DNA from: an uncultured cyanobacterium
GTDB taxonomy: Bacteria > Cyanobacteriota > Cyanobacteriia > Cyanobacteriales > Nostocaceae
Length of the DNA stretch: 64,000 bases
Assembly (NCBI GenBank): GCA_963706595.1
Contig: OY970166.1
Span: 832,001 to 896,000, forward strand
Reading direction: 5' to 3'
The notes beneath the pieces were generated by a model. It did not search any database. It saw only the letters and a program-made list of their open reading frames with translations, and was not told the origin of the DNA. Shown piece by piece: positions 1 through 8,504 of the stretch. Each line of letters opens with the position of its first letter. Position 1 is the stretch's first letter. Position numbers and translations under genes: made by a program.

Positions 1-1169
1 AACTGACTTTTGATTTGGTTGGCGGTTTTCGACTCTTTCCAAGCAATTTCTAGTTCTTCCGCCCAGGCTTTGAGTCTATCCACCATTTGCTCCATTGCTT
101 GTGCGAGTTGGTTGAACTCCCGGATTTTGAAGTTGTGTGGTACTGGTTGTGCGGCGTGGTGGCTGTGAAGGTTCAGGGCGTAGTCTCGCAATTCTTCTAA
201 AGGACTGGCTAGGTAAGGGGCAAGATATAAAGATGCTAACAAACTTGCACCAATTAAACCAACTGTTAAAACTATTAAAATCAGTTTTATTTCTTCTAAA
301 CCTAGCAGCGCATTATCCACTGTTGTTACAGCTAGGACTATCCATTTTTGCCCTTGCTCTTTTGTAATGGGATTGTCAATAGCTGTGTAACCAACTATTA
401 ATTCTTTGCCTTGTTGATTCGGTAAATTTATGGAGTTACTTTCTCCAGCAACGCCATTTTTAATAATGTGTTTTATTTGGGAAATATCTGGGTATTCTCG
501 AATATTTCTACCAACTAACTCTGCGGATGGGTGCGCTAAAATCATCCCGTTTTCAGCAATTACTAGGGTAGAACCAGTTAAAGATCCTGGCTGATTTTTG
601 GTTTGTTTGTATAGTGCTGATTGAATACTCAATGCATATAGCGCTTGGCCATTGCGACTGTACACGGGGATAGATAGCAACAATTGCAGTTGATTATGGG
701 GATTTTTTTGCCCTGTGGTTCCTGCTTTTGGAGGTAAGATTTTTTTGATATTAATTTTTTCTCCTTGATCAGGAAAAGATAATCTCAATTCGCTAATTTC
801 TTGATTACCACAGCTACTGGCAATAATTTTACTGCTTTGCAGATTGGTTAATTGCAAGCACTCAACGTGGGTTGGTAATTGTTTGGCTAGCTGAATGAAA
901 TATTGTTCTACTTCTTGAGACGAAGCAGACTGAATAACGGCTGTTTGACTGACAGTTAGCAAGTGAGTTTTGAGGGTGGCGATCGCATTGGCCATTTTCT
1001 CACCTTTGGAGATAGCGCTTTCTGTGAGATTTTGACGGGCGGTTTTCAACAAGCTACCCCTGGCTTTATTCAAAGCCACAATTTCTCCCAGCAGTAAAAC
1101 TGGGACAACCAAAAGCAAAATTCTTGTTACTAAAATACGTCGAAAGGATGATTCACGAGCCTTAACCAT
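1..1169 (-). CDS. Membrane sensor histidine kinase (TM-Cache-TM-HAMP), truncated by window start
   Basis: Not in ORF track. ATG at 1169 reads MVKARESSFRRILVTRILLLVVPVLLLGEIVAL...; the window-edge end reads ...FKIREFNQLAQAMEQMVDRLKAWAEELEIAWKESKTANQIKSQ, a HAMP helix leading into a HisKA H-box. Confidence 0.8.
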   Translation of the reverse strand, partial: MVKARESSFRRILVTRILLLVVPVLLLGEIVALNKARGSLLKTARQNLTESAISKGEKMANAIATLKTHLLTVSQTAVIQSASSQEVEQYFIQLAKQLPTHVECLQLTNLQSSKIIASSCGNQEISELRLSFPDQGEKINIKKILPPKAGTTGQKNPHNQLQLLLSIPVYSRNGQALYALSIQSALYKQTKNQPGSLTGSTLVIAENGMILAHPSAELVGRNIREYPDISQIKHIIKNGVAGESNSINLPNQQGKELIVGYTAIDNPITKEQGQKWIVLAVTTVDNALLGLEEIKLILIVLTVGLIGASLLASLYLAPYLASPLEELRDYALNLHSHHAAQPVPHNFKIREFNQLAQAMEQMVDRLKAWAEELEIAWKESKTANQIKSQ

Positions 1170-1459
1170 CGACTATCTCACTTCGCATCTGTAAACCACA
1201 AAAGTAACGATGTGCAATTAGAACAGCTCAAGGAGACATTCTTATAGGTTATGAGATTTGTTTTGTCAACTCCCAAAAGTGTTAAATATTGAAGATATAA
1301 CCACTAAATCAGCCATACCAAAATTTATATATTGTAGATGTGAACTTGACTGATGTTGCATATAGATCCAGTGATGAAATTGTACTCAAACTAACTTGCG
1401 GGTAAATATTTTTGTCAAATCAATTCACTAACAAGCAAAATTTCCAGACTATTAAACCA

Positions 1460-2191
1460 ATGATGCACAATCGTCCTTATACCACAGTAGTTTTAGCAAT
1501 GAGTGCAGACGGCAAGATAGCAGATTTTAAGCGATCGCCTGCTCGCTTTGGCTCAGAGGCGGATAAAGCGCACCTGGAAAAACAAATTGCTGCCTCTGAT
1601 GCTGTTTTAATAGGTGCTGGTACTCTTCGTGCTTACGGTACAACACTCACCGTATCACAATCAACTTTGCTACAACATCGCCTAAAACAGGGTAAGCCAG
1701 CCCAGCCTCTTCATATAATCCTTACACAATCTGCTGACCTCAATCCGGGAATTAAGTTTTTTCAACAGCCGATCAAACGCTGGTTGCTGACCACAACAAT
1801 GGGCGCATCTTCTTGGCAAAGACGAGAACAGACATTTAATTCCACAGGGTTATCACCCCTAGAAGAGTGTCCTCCCAAGTTTGATCAGATTATAGTTTTT
1901 GACACACCAACGGGAAAGGTTGACACGTCTGCTGCTTTGCAACACCTGGCATCTCTACATATAACACGGTTAGCCGTCTTGGGAGGAGGTGAATTAGTAT
2001 CTTCTATGTTGCAATCAGATTTAATCGATGAACTCTGGCTGACGGTCTGTCCATTGCTTTTAGGCGGTGCATCTGCACCAACACCAGTAGAAGGTGTCGG
2101 ATTTTTATCTCAATTAGCTCCTAAATTAGAACTCTTAGAAGTTGATCAAGTTGAGCAAGAGGTGTTTCTGCACTATCGCCTGCAACGTTGA
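1460..2191 (+). CDS. RibD C-terminal (reductase/DHFR-like) family protein
   Basis: Motifs LAMSADGKIA, DAVLIGAGT, LGGGEL, DLIDELWLTVCPLLLGG; ATG at 1460 preferred over the upstream TTG. Confidence 0.85.
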   Translation: MMHNRPYTTVVLAMSADGKIADFKRSPARFGSEADKAHLEKQIAASDAVLIGAGTLRAYGTTLTVSQSTLLQHRLKQGKPAQPLHIILTQSADLNPGIKFFQQPIKRWLLTTTMGASSWQRREQTFNSTGLSPLEECPPKFDQIIVFDTPTGKVDTSAALQHLASLHITRLAVLGGGELVSSMLQSDLIDELWLTVCPLLLGGASAPTPVEGVGFLSQLAPKLELLEVDQVEQEVFLHYRLQR

Positions 2192-2366
2192 GCAAATTAG
2201 ATTACCCTAGTAATCATTGGTCATTAGCCCTTCGGCTACGCTCAGGGTAAATCATTGGTCATTGGGTATTAGTGGAAGTTCTTATCCAAAATAAAAGCCT
2301 TTTGACTTTTGACTTTTGACTTTTGACTTCCGCGTAGCGGTTCCCTTACCCTAGAAAAGCCCCACA

Positions 2367-3557
2367 ATGGTGGAAAAAATCAAGCCTCGCTACTCTAGCC
2401 TTTGGATTAACAAAATCGCGGAAGTACCCCAAGATGCCTGGGATGCTTTAGCAATGCCACTGAAAACGCCGTTTTTAGAATGGGATTGGCTGAATAATTT
2501 AGAAATTTCCCAGAGTGCTACTGCTAAAACTGGCTGGTTACCCAATCATTTAACTCTTTGGCGAGACAGGACTTTGATTGCGGTTGCGCCACTTTACCTG
2601 AAAGGTCATAGTTATGGCGAATTTGTCTTTGATCACCAATGGGCAGAATTAGCTGATCGTCTTGGAGTCCAGTATTATCCTAAATTACTGGGAATGACTC
2701 CATTTACTCCGGCTGAAGGTTATCGGTTTTTAATCGCCCCAGGGGAAGATGAGGATGAAATTACAGCCCTGATGGTGCATGAGATTGATTCTTTCTGCAC
2801 TAAACATCAGATTTCTGGTTGTCATTTTCTCTATGTTGATCCCCAATGGCGGGCTGTGCTGGAACGTCAAGGTTTTACAACTTGGTTACACCACAGCTAT
2901 ATTTGGGAAAATGTCGAGTTTAAAAATTTTGATGATTATTTAAAATTATTCAACGCTAATCAGCGCCGCAATATCAAGCGAGAACGCAAGGCTGTGGAAA
3001 AGGTGGGTTTACGACTACAAGCAGTGACCGGTGATGCAATTCCTCAGTCTTTATTTCCTTTGATGTACGATTTCTATGCTGATACTTGTGATAAGTTCGG
3101 CTGGTGGGGTAGTAAATACCTGACAAAGCAGTTTTTTGAGCAGCTACACACAAATTATCGCCATCGAGTGGTGTTTTTTCCGGCGTATGATCAGGAAAAT
3201 CAGGGTCAACCTGTGGGAATGTCTTTTTGTTTGTTTAAAGGCGATCGCTTATATGGACGTTATTGGGGTAGTCTTCAAGATATAGATTGTTTACATTTTG
3301 ATGCTTGTTACTATACACCGATTGAGTGGGCGATCGCTCACAATATCCAAAGCTTCGATCCCGGTGCTGGCGGACGACACAAAAAACGCCGTGGTTTTCC
3401 CGCTATGCCTAATTACAGTTTGCACCGCTTTTACAATAGTCGTTTAGACCAAATTCTTCGCCCTTATATTCGGGAAGTTAATCAATTAGAACAGCAGGAG
3501 ATGGAAGCGATTAATCAGGATTTACCTTTTGGTCAAGACACAAAAAAAATCAACTGA
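2367..3557 (+). CDS. GNAT/FemAB-like protein (DUF482 family)
   Basis: Motifs PLYLKGHSYGEFVFDHQWA, LYGRYWG, LHFDACYY, FDPGAGG. Confidence 0.85.
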   Translation: MVEKIKPRYSSLWINKIAEVPQDAWDALAMPLKTPFLEWDWLNNLEISQSATAKTGWLPNHLTLWRDRTLIAVAPLYLKGHSYGEFVFDHQWAELADRLGVQYYPKLLGMTPFTPAEGYRFLIAPGEDEDEITALMVHEIDSFCTKHQISGCHFLYVDPQWRAVLERQGFTTWLHHSYIWENVEFKNFDDYLKLFNANQRRNIKRERKAVEKVGLRLQAVTGDAIPQSLFPLMYDFYADTCDKFGWWGSKYLTKQFFEQLHTNYRHRVVFFPAYDQENQGQPVGMSFCLFKGDRLYGRYWGSLQDIDCLHFDACYYTPIEWAIAHNIQSFDPGAGGRHKKRRGFPAMPNYSLHRFYNSRLDQILRPYIREVNQLEQQEMEAINQDLPFGQDTKKIN

Positions 3558-3605
3558 TGCGCTTCCTTAATCAAACCATCAGTGCTTGGTCATTCATTGC
3601 TGAAA

Positions 3606-3749
3606 ATGTTTTTGTTCCTCACAAATGTTTTAGTCCGTCGGGGACTCAGTGGCATCAGGGAATTTTTCTTAGGTAGTGTCAGCAATTATGTATTACACCA
3701 TGCACCCTGTTCTGTATTGACAGTCCAAGGTGTAAGAGCTAATTTGTAA
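3606..3749 (+). pseudogene. Universal stress protein C-terminal fragment
   Basis: 47-codon ORF ending RRGLSGIREFFLGSVSNYVLHHAPCSVLTVQG, the USP C-terminal signature; the N-terminal two-thirds is absent. Confidence 0.8.
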
Positions 3750-3787
3750 CCAGGATGTGAAAAATTTTTGGCTTCTCAGATATCTGC

Positions 3788-4921
3788 TTAACTATGCATC
3801 ATTAAATATTGTCCATTGCCATTATATTCACCATTGCAACTAGCAAAATTGCTAATAAACCATATCAAATAAAATCTCCATATTCGGCGAAATTTGGCAT
3901 AATCAATGCCATAATTCAAGTATTTTATGGTTTCTTGATTACTGTCAAAATTACTGAGCCATGTAGCAAATGTTTGCGAGTAATTAGAACCATTGAGATA
4001 CCATCTTTTTACGGTTTTAAGATTTTTGTTATGGCTAGGAATTGCATCATAATTCCAGTATCTACCGTGGGGAAAAATATATTTGTGAGTGTAAGCACTA
4101 GAGATATTATTAGGGGTACGAACTGTAATAATATGAATAAAGACCTTGCCATTCTCCTTGAGAAAAGAAGCTAATTTTTCAAAAGAGTTAGTTAAATTAC
4201 CTACATGGGAAAAAACACCAATAGACAGGATTTTGTCAAATTTTGTGTCAAATTCAACATCATTTAAATCTCCTTCAGATAATCCGAATCTGCCTGAACT
4301 GAGGTAGCTTTCAGGGTCTTGCATCTTCTGACGCATATATTCACATTGTTCGTGACTCAAATTCAGCCCAGTCACTTTGACATGAGGAAATTTAGAAAGA
4401 ATGTAATTGGGAACGCACCCCCAGCCACAGCCAAAATCTAATATATGGTCTCCATCCTGGATGTCTAATTTCTCAATCACATCATCAATCATATCTATCT
4501 GTGATTGTTCCAGGTTTAATGCTCCTTTTTCCCATAATCCCATACTGTATTTAGGGTAAATGAGTTTTCCTTCACCCAACATTTTATTCAGCATGGCTTG
4601 AGGCAAATCATACTGAATTTTCATTAAATCTCGTGACCCTTCAGCAATATGATCGGTTTCTTTTAATACCCATTCATAAGGTGCTAAAAGTGAAGGAAAA
4701 TATTGGAAGAAAACAGGCATACAAGTATCAAAAAGTGTTTGCAGACTTGAGTCAGGAATTTCTAATCCGTTAATGTAAGCCTCTGCTATGGCCATTTGGA
4801 TTGTATTCACTACTTCAACGGCTCCACGGGTTGCTTGATATGCCAATGGATTTTTGTAATTTATATCTCCTATGAGAGGTATATGTTTTTGAATTTCTTG
4901 TAATTGATTGCTATTAATCAT
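3788..4921 (-). CDS. SAM-dependent methyltransferase, cyclopropane-fatty-acyl synthase (CMAS)/N-methyltransferase-like
   Basis: ILDFGCGWG, NLSHEQ, FDKILSIG, YIFP motifs; AT-rich; ATG at 4921. Confidence 0.8.
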   Translation of the reverse strand: MINSNQLQEIQKHIPLIGDINYKNPLAYQATRGAVEVVNTIQMAIAEAYINGLEIPDSSLQTLFDTCMPVFFQYFPSLLAPYEWVLKETDHIAEGSRDLMKIQYDLPQAMLNKMLGEGKLIYPKYSMGLWEKGALNLEQSQIDMIDDVIEKLDIQDGDHILDFGCGWGCVPNYILSKFPHVKVTGLNLSHEQCEYMRQKMQDPESYLSSGRFGLSEGDLNDVEFDTKFDKILSIGVFSHVGNLTNSFEKLASFLKENGKVFIHIITVRTPNNISSAYTHKYIFPHGRYWNYDAIPSHNKNLKTVKRWYLNGSNYSQTFATWLSNFDSNQETIKYLNYGIDYAKFRRIWRFYLIWFISNFASCNGEYNGNGQYLMMHS

Positions 4922-5080
4922 GTTTATACTCCTTGTATAAAGCTGGATAATTTTCTCGTAAATTACCACCGATCATAGTAATCAATTACTTGCTTATTCA
5001 CCTACATTTAGGGAGATGTAAAATCTCTAAAATCCTCTAAATACTAAGTATTAAATCAAAAAATATTCAGCCAGAATATA

Positions 5081-5187
5081 TATAGCGGTTATCAGTTAAG
5101 TGAGATACAAGAACCCCACCCCCAACCCCCTCCGGTGCAAGCGAGGAGGGGGCTATGATGTACTTCATGGAAGTGGATACCGCTATA
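5081..5187. mobile_element. MITE-like element
   Basis: Terminal inverted repeats TATAGCGGT (5081-5089) / ACCGCTATA (5179-5187) around a CCCCACCCCCAACCCCCTC...GAGGGGG hairpin core. Confidence 0.6.
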
Positions 5188-5263
5188 TGTAAAATTATTA
5201 TTAATAATGGCTAGTGGTTAATTGATTGCTAGGCAATTAACCATTAGCAGGGCTTAAAAATTC

Positions 5264-6190
5264 TTAAAGTTCTTTGTCATTTTTGTAACTGGCAACAGCT
5301 ACTCTGAGATTGCCTTGGTGTTGTGCAAGCAAGCGATCGCCTGCGGCTTTGTCTAAACCAGTCCAGTGCATCAGCAACGCTAGCTTTACCCACTTCCCAC
5401 TGCGTTCTAGTAAAAAACCAGCAGCTTCCCGACTCAACCCTGTTAAGTCTTGCAGCATCTGTAAAGCGCGATCGCGTAACTTTTGATTAGTCACCGCCAC
5501 ATCCACCATGCGATTACCGTAAACTTTGCCCAGCTTCACCATTACCCCAGTCGAAAGGATATTTAAAGCTAGCTTTGTGGCTGTACCAGCTTTTAAGCGA
5601 GTGGAACCAGCGAGGATTTCTGGACCAGTTAATAAGCGAATATCAACGTCAGCATCAAACCGCACTTGCTCTGTAGGTACACAGGCAATAAAAATAGTCC
5701 TCGCACCCCGTTGACGGGCGGCGTTGAGCGCTCCGTGGACAAAAGGAGTTGTCCCACCGGCAGTAATCCCCACTACCACATCTAATTGAGTAATGTGTCG
5801 TTGAGCGATCGCCCCTTCACCATCTTCGCTCCGATCTTCTAAATCTTCCGAACTGCGTACCAATGCACCAGCACCACCAGCAATAATTCCCTGTACCAAC
5901 TCTGGGGGTGTGCAGAAAGTAGGTGGACATTCAGACGCGTCTAGCACCCCTAACCTGCCACTTGTCCCCGCACCAACATAAAATAAACGTCCTCCCTGGC
6001 TCAAACGTTCTGCGGCCACATCAATGGCTTGCGCCAACTGTAATTGAGCCGCCGCCACCGCCGCCACTGCTTTTTCGTCTTCGCGATTAAACAAATCCAC
6101 CAACTCAACAGAACTGAGTTGGTCTAAATTAAGACTATCAGGATTGACCTGCTCAGTTAAAAGATAGCCCCGTTCATGCAAATTTGGCAT
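5264..6190 (-). CDS. murQ: N-acetylmuramic acid 6-phosphate etherase
   Basis: GAGTSGRLGVLDASECPPTF and GPEILAGSTRLKAGTATK motifs. Confidence 0.95.
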   Translation of the reverse strand: MPNLHERGYLLTEQVNPDSLNLDQLSSVELVDLFNREDEKAVAAVAAAQLQLAQAIDVAAERLSQGGRLFYVGAGTSGRLGVLDASECPPTFCTPPELVQGIIAGGAGALVRSSEDLEDRSEDGEGAIAQRHITQLDVVVGITAGGTTPFVHGALNAARQRGARTIFIACVPTEQVRFDADVDIRLLTGPEILAGSTRLKAGTATKLALNILSTGVMVKLGKVYGNRMVDVAVTNQKLRDRALQMLQDLTGLSREAAGFLLERSGKWVKLALLMHWTGLDKAAGDRLLAQHQGNLRVAVASYKNDKEL

Positions 6191-6263
6191 AGTCTACATC
6201 TTGATTAATGGCTTTCATGCGTATAGAAATCTTTCTGCCTCCACTCCCCACTCCCCACTCAGT

Positions 6264-6716
6264 TCACAACAAACCTTCCAATTTGCGCCGCATATTTTCT
6301 AATTCAGAATCAGACATTTCTGATGCAGCTGGTGGCACTTCGTTAGAGCGGTAGCTATCTTCATCAGTATCCTCCGCTTCGGCATCAGCTTGCCAGTCAG
6401 TATTTTCCAAGTTCATTTCTGGAGGTAAGATTAAATCGCTGTTGGCTGGAACAATTTCCCATTCATAGCCAGCACTTTCACAAAATCCCTTAATTTCCTC
6501 AGCATCGAGCATTTCCACTGTAGGCGTAGGGAAATCCTGAGCTTCCAGTAACAGGGCAAAGCGGAGAGCGTCGTCTTCTGACTCGAACATCAAAATTTTA
6601 TTGCGTACAGCCCCTGGCTGCGATGCTGAAGCATCAGCCACTCGAATTGAATGAATTCCCTCATTTTCTGTGTGAGCATTGAAAATTAGCACAAAAACAC
6701 GCATTGGTGTAATCAT
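6264..6716 (-). CDS. DUF3110 family protein
   Basis: NEGIHSI, MFESEDDALRFALLLEAQDFP, and terminal RRKLEGLL. Confidence 0.8.
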   Translation of the reverse strand: MITPMRVFVLIFNAHTENEGIHSIRVADASASQPGAVRNKILMFESEDDALRFALLLEAQDFPTPTVEMLDAEEIKGFCESAGYEWEIVPANSDLILPPEMNLENTDWQADAEAEDTDEDSYRSNEVPPAASEMSDSELENMRRKLEGLL

Positions 6717-6785
6717 CTGTCCTTTGGTTTTGCGATCTACTTATACTATTAAAGTCTGAGGCTGTGCAAAGAAGGAGAACAGATT

Positions 6786-6900
6786 GAAGAGGCAGGGGAG
6801 CAGGGTGCAGGGTGCAAGGGTGAGTAAGAAATTACTTTAAACTTCCGGTACTTAACAACCATTCCTCTTCTCCCCTGCGCCCTGCCCCTTTTCCTCTTCT
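6786..6900 (+). repeat. ~110-bp dispersed hairpin element, copy A
   Basis: G-rich GGGCAGG arm, core GAAATTACTTTAAACTTCCGG (6828-6848), C-rich arm; related copies at 31529, 49592 (reverse) and 58527. Confidence 0.8.
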
Positions 6901-7030
6901 TTGACCAATATTCTGGAAAAGTTAGGTGTTATATAGCAGTGTTGTTAGACTCCCGCCCGATCTACACTGGAGAAGATGATCCACAATTAAATTCCGAACG
7001 TCGTAAACCCCAATTGCCATTGCAATTTAG

Positions 7031-7500
7031 TGTGACAGCAAGAAGCCTCTCACTTAACACGATAGCGGAAGTGATGAGATGAATTGCGCGTGAATTGACG
7101 ACAGTCTCCCGACCAATGCGACAGCGAGGAAGGGAGACACGGAGGAAACGAGCAAAATATTTTAAATTTGGTATAATCGATTTGGTTGACTTCACCCATA
7201 TTGGTGTCTGATAAGCCTCTGTCCAATAGCATTACGATTATTGGTAAGCGACTCCGTTGCACAGCATAGAAGCAAGTAGGCACATCTTGATTAATACAGA
7301 TCACCTCCGGGTTTGTCCTATAGCGCGAATAAGCCAGCATCTCATCCAGGACAGTAAAATTTGTAGGGTACAAGGTAAGAAATTGCATAGTCTGCGGAGG
7401 GGCTTCTCGTGGACTTAAAACAAAGCTCAGTCAATGTCTTCATAGAAGAGTCGCTGAGAAGCCTACACTGTATGCTTGCATCAGTGTAGGAGTATGTCAC
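7031..7500 (+). mobile_element. Non-autonomous IS200/IS605-family derivative (no tnpA or tnpB)
   Basis: Left end CAAGAAGCC plus hairpin (CTCTCACTT...AAGTGATGAG); right end GAAG-CCTACACTG-tatgcttgcat-CAGTGTAGG-agtatgTCAC; removing 7031-7500 restores the DUF72 frame. Confidence 0.75.
7169..7177 (+). promoter_or_regulatory. Extended -10 element inside the IS605 derivative
   Basis: TGGTATAAT is a perfect TGnTATAAT match. Confidence 0.5.
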
Positions 7501-7655
7501 TGTGACAGCCCCTTTCATTCTGATTCGGTTTATTTCTCACCCAAATTTATCAACGAATCAGCCTTTTATGGAAGAGTGGGTGACACAAATTCAACAATGG
7601 TTACAGGCGGGAAAACGAATTTATTTCTTTGTTCATTGTCCTCTAGAAGAGCGAT

Positions 7656-7680
7656 GATGCTCCGCCCCGCCTTTGGCGAT
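7656..7680 (+). repeat. 25-bp insertion in a HIP1 site
   Basis: GCGAT[gatgctccgccccgcctttgGCGAT]CGC; removal restores GAG CGA TCG CCT (E-R-S-P). Confidence 0.75.
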
Positions 7681-8031
7681 CGCCTGGGACAGCGCGTTAC
7701 TTCCAAAAGCTATTGTCACAACATGGCACAGAAATTCCGCCTTTACCTGGGAATAATCTCGATTATCCTCCCAATCAATTGAGTTTATGGTAGTTTTGGC
7801 AAAATATCATTTCCTCTTGTTTCCAAAAGAGTGATAATGGTTATTACAATGATTTTGTGACCAAACTCGACACACTTCCCCCTGATCAAAAAAAGGGGCA
7901 ATACCCCTCTTTGCAAAAGTAGCAAGAGGTGAACTACAACACCTAAATTTCATTACCCAAAAATATTAAATTGTTGATGTGTAATTGAGGCGATTGTGGT
8001 GAAATCAGCAGTTATATTAAAGGAGGTTAAG

Positions 8032-8472
8032 ATGAGTCGTCTTATTTATGAAAAATCAGTTTCATATAAAGGATATCTCATCATTCCATTTGTTTTTGGC
8101 AAAGCGGATAATTACGAAATTTATTCGTATAAACTCTTGTCAGAAATTGGACGTGGAAGCAAATTTCATAAAGCCGAGAATCCCGCCGAAATCTATGGTA
8201 ATAGTAGCAATAATATCGTTGATATTGCCAAAGAACATATTGACCAACATTCCGAGTTTGTCAATCAAGGAGATAGTTTTAAATCTCGGTATGTATACGG
8301 CAATAACTTGATTATCATCTTTCAAGAGGGAGGTAAGTATTTTTACGACCATTATGCTCCAGAATTACTGAATAATATTGCCGCCCCCAAATTATTCACC
8401 TCTGAATATGAGTGCTTAAATTGGATTCAGCAAGGACTCAGTGGACAATATATGCGCGACAGAGCAAATTGA
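8032..8472 (+). CDS. Conserved hypothetical protein
   Basis: Strong SD (AAGGAGG) just before ATG 8032; 146 aa. Confidence 0.75.
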   Translation: MSRLIYEKSVSYKGYLIIPFVFGKADNYEIYSYKLLSEIGRGSKFHKAENPAEIYGNSSNNIVDIAKEHIDQHSEFVNQGDSFKSRYVYGNNLIIIFQEGGKYFYDHYAPELLNNIAAPKLFTSEYECLNWIQQGLSGQYMRDRAN

Positions 8473-8504
8473 CTTTTTTTTGGAGTTGTTTGTCGTAGAG
8501 GCGG

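Larger units (their letters stand above)
6904..7793 (+). pseudogene. DUF72 family gene, 3' portion, interrupted by two insertions
   Basis: Reads VLLDSRPIYTGEDDPQLNSERRKPQLPLQFS | insert | VTAPFILIRFISHPNLSTNQPFMEEWVTQIQQWLQAGKRIYFFVHCPLEER | 25-bp insert | SPGTARYFQKLL...PPNQLSLW*, recognised as the cyanobacterial DUF72 C-terminus. Confidence 0.8.

Noticed and set aside
7040..7500. Group I intron (IStron)
   Set aside because: I could not find convincing P4/P7 core motifs or a terminal G; not excluded without an Infernal search.
6962..7782. Tracked ORFs 6962-7195, 7050-7388 and 7576-7782 as genes
   Set aside because: They overlap the IS-derived insert or are off-frame readings of the DUF72 remnant; no recognisable motifs.
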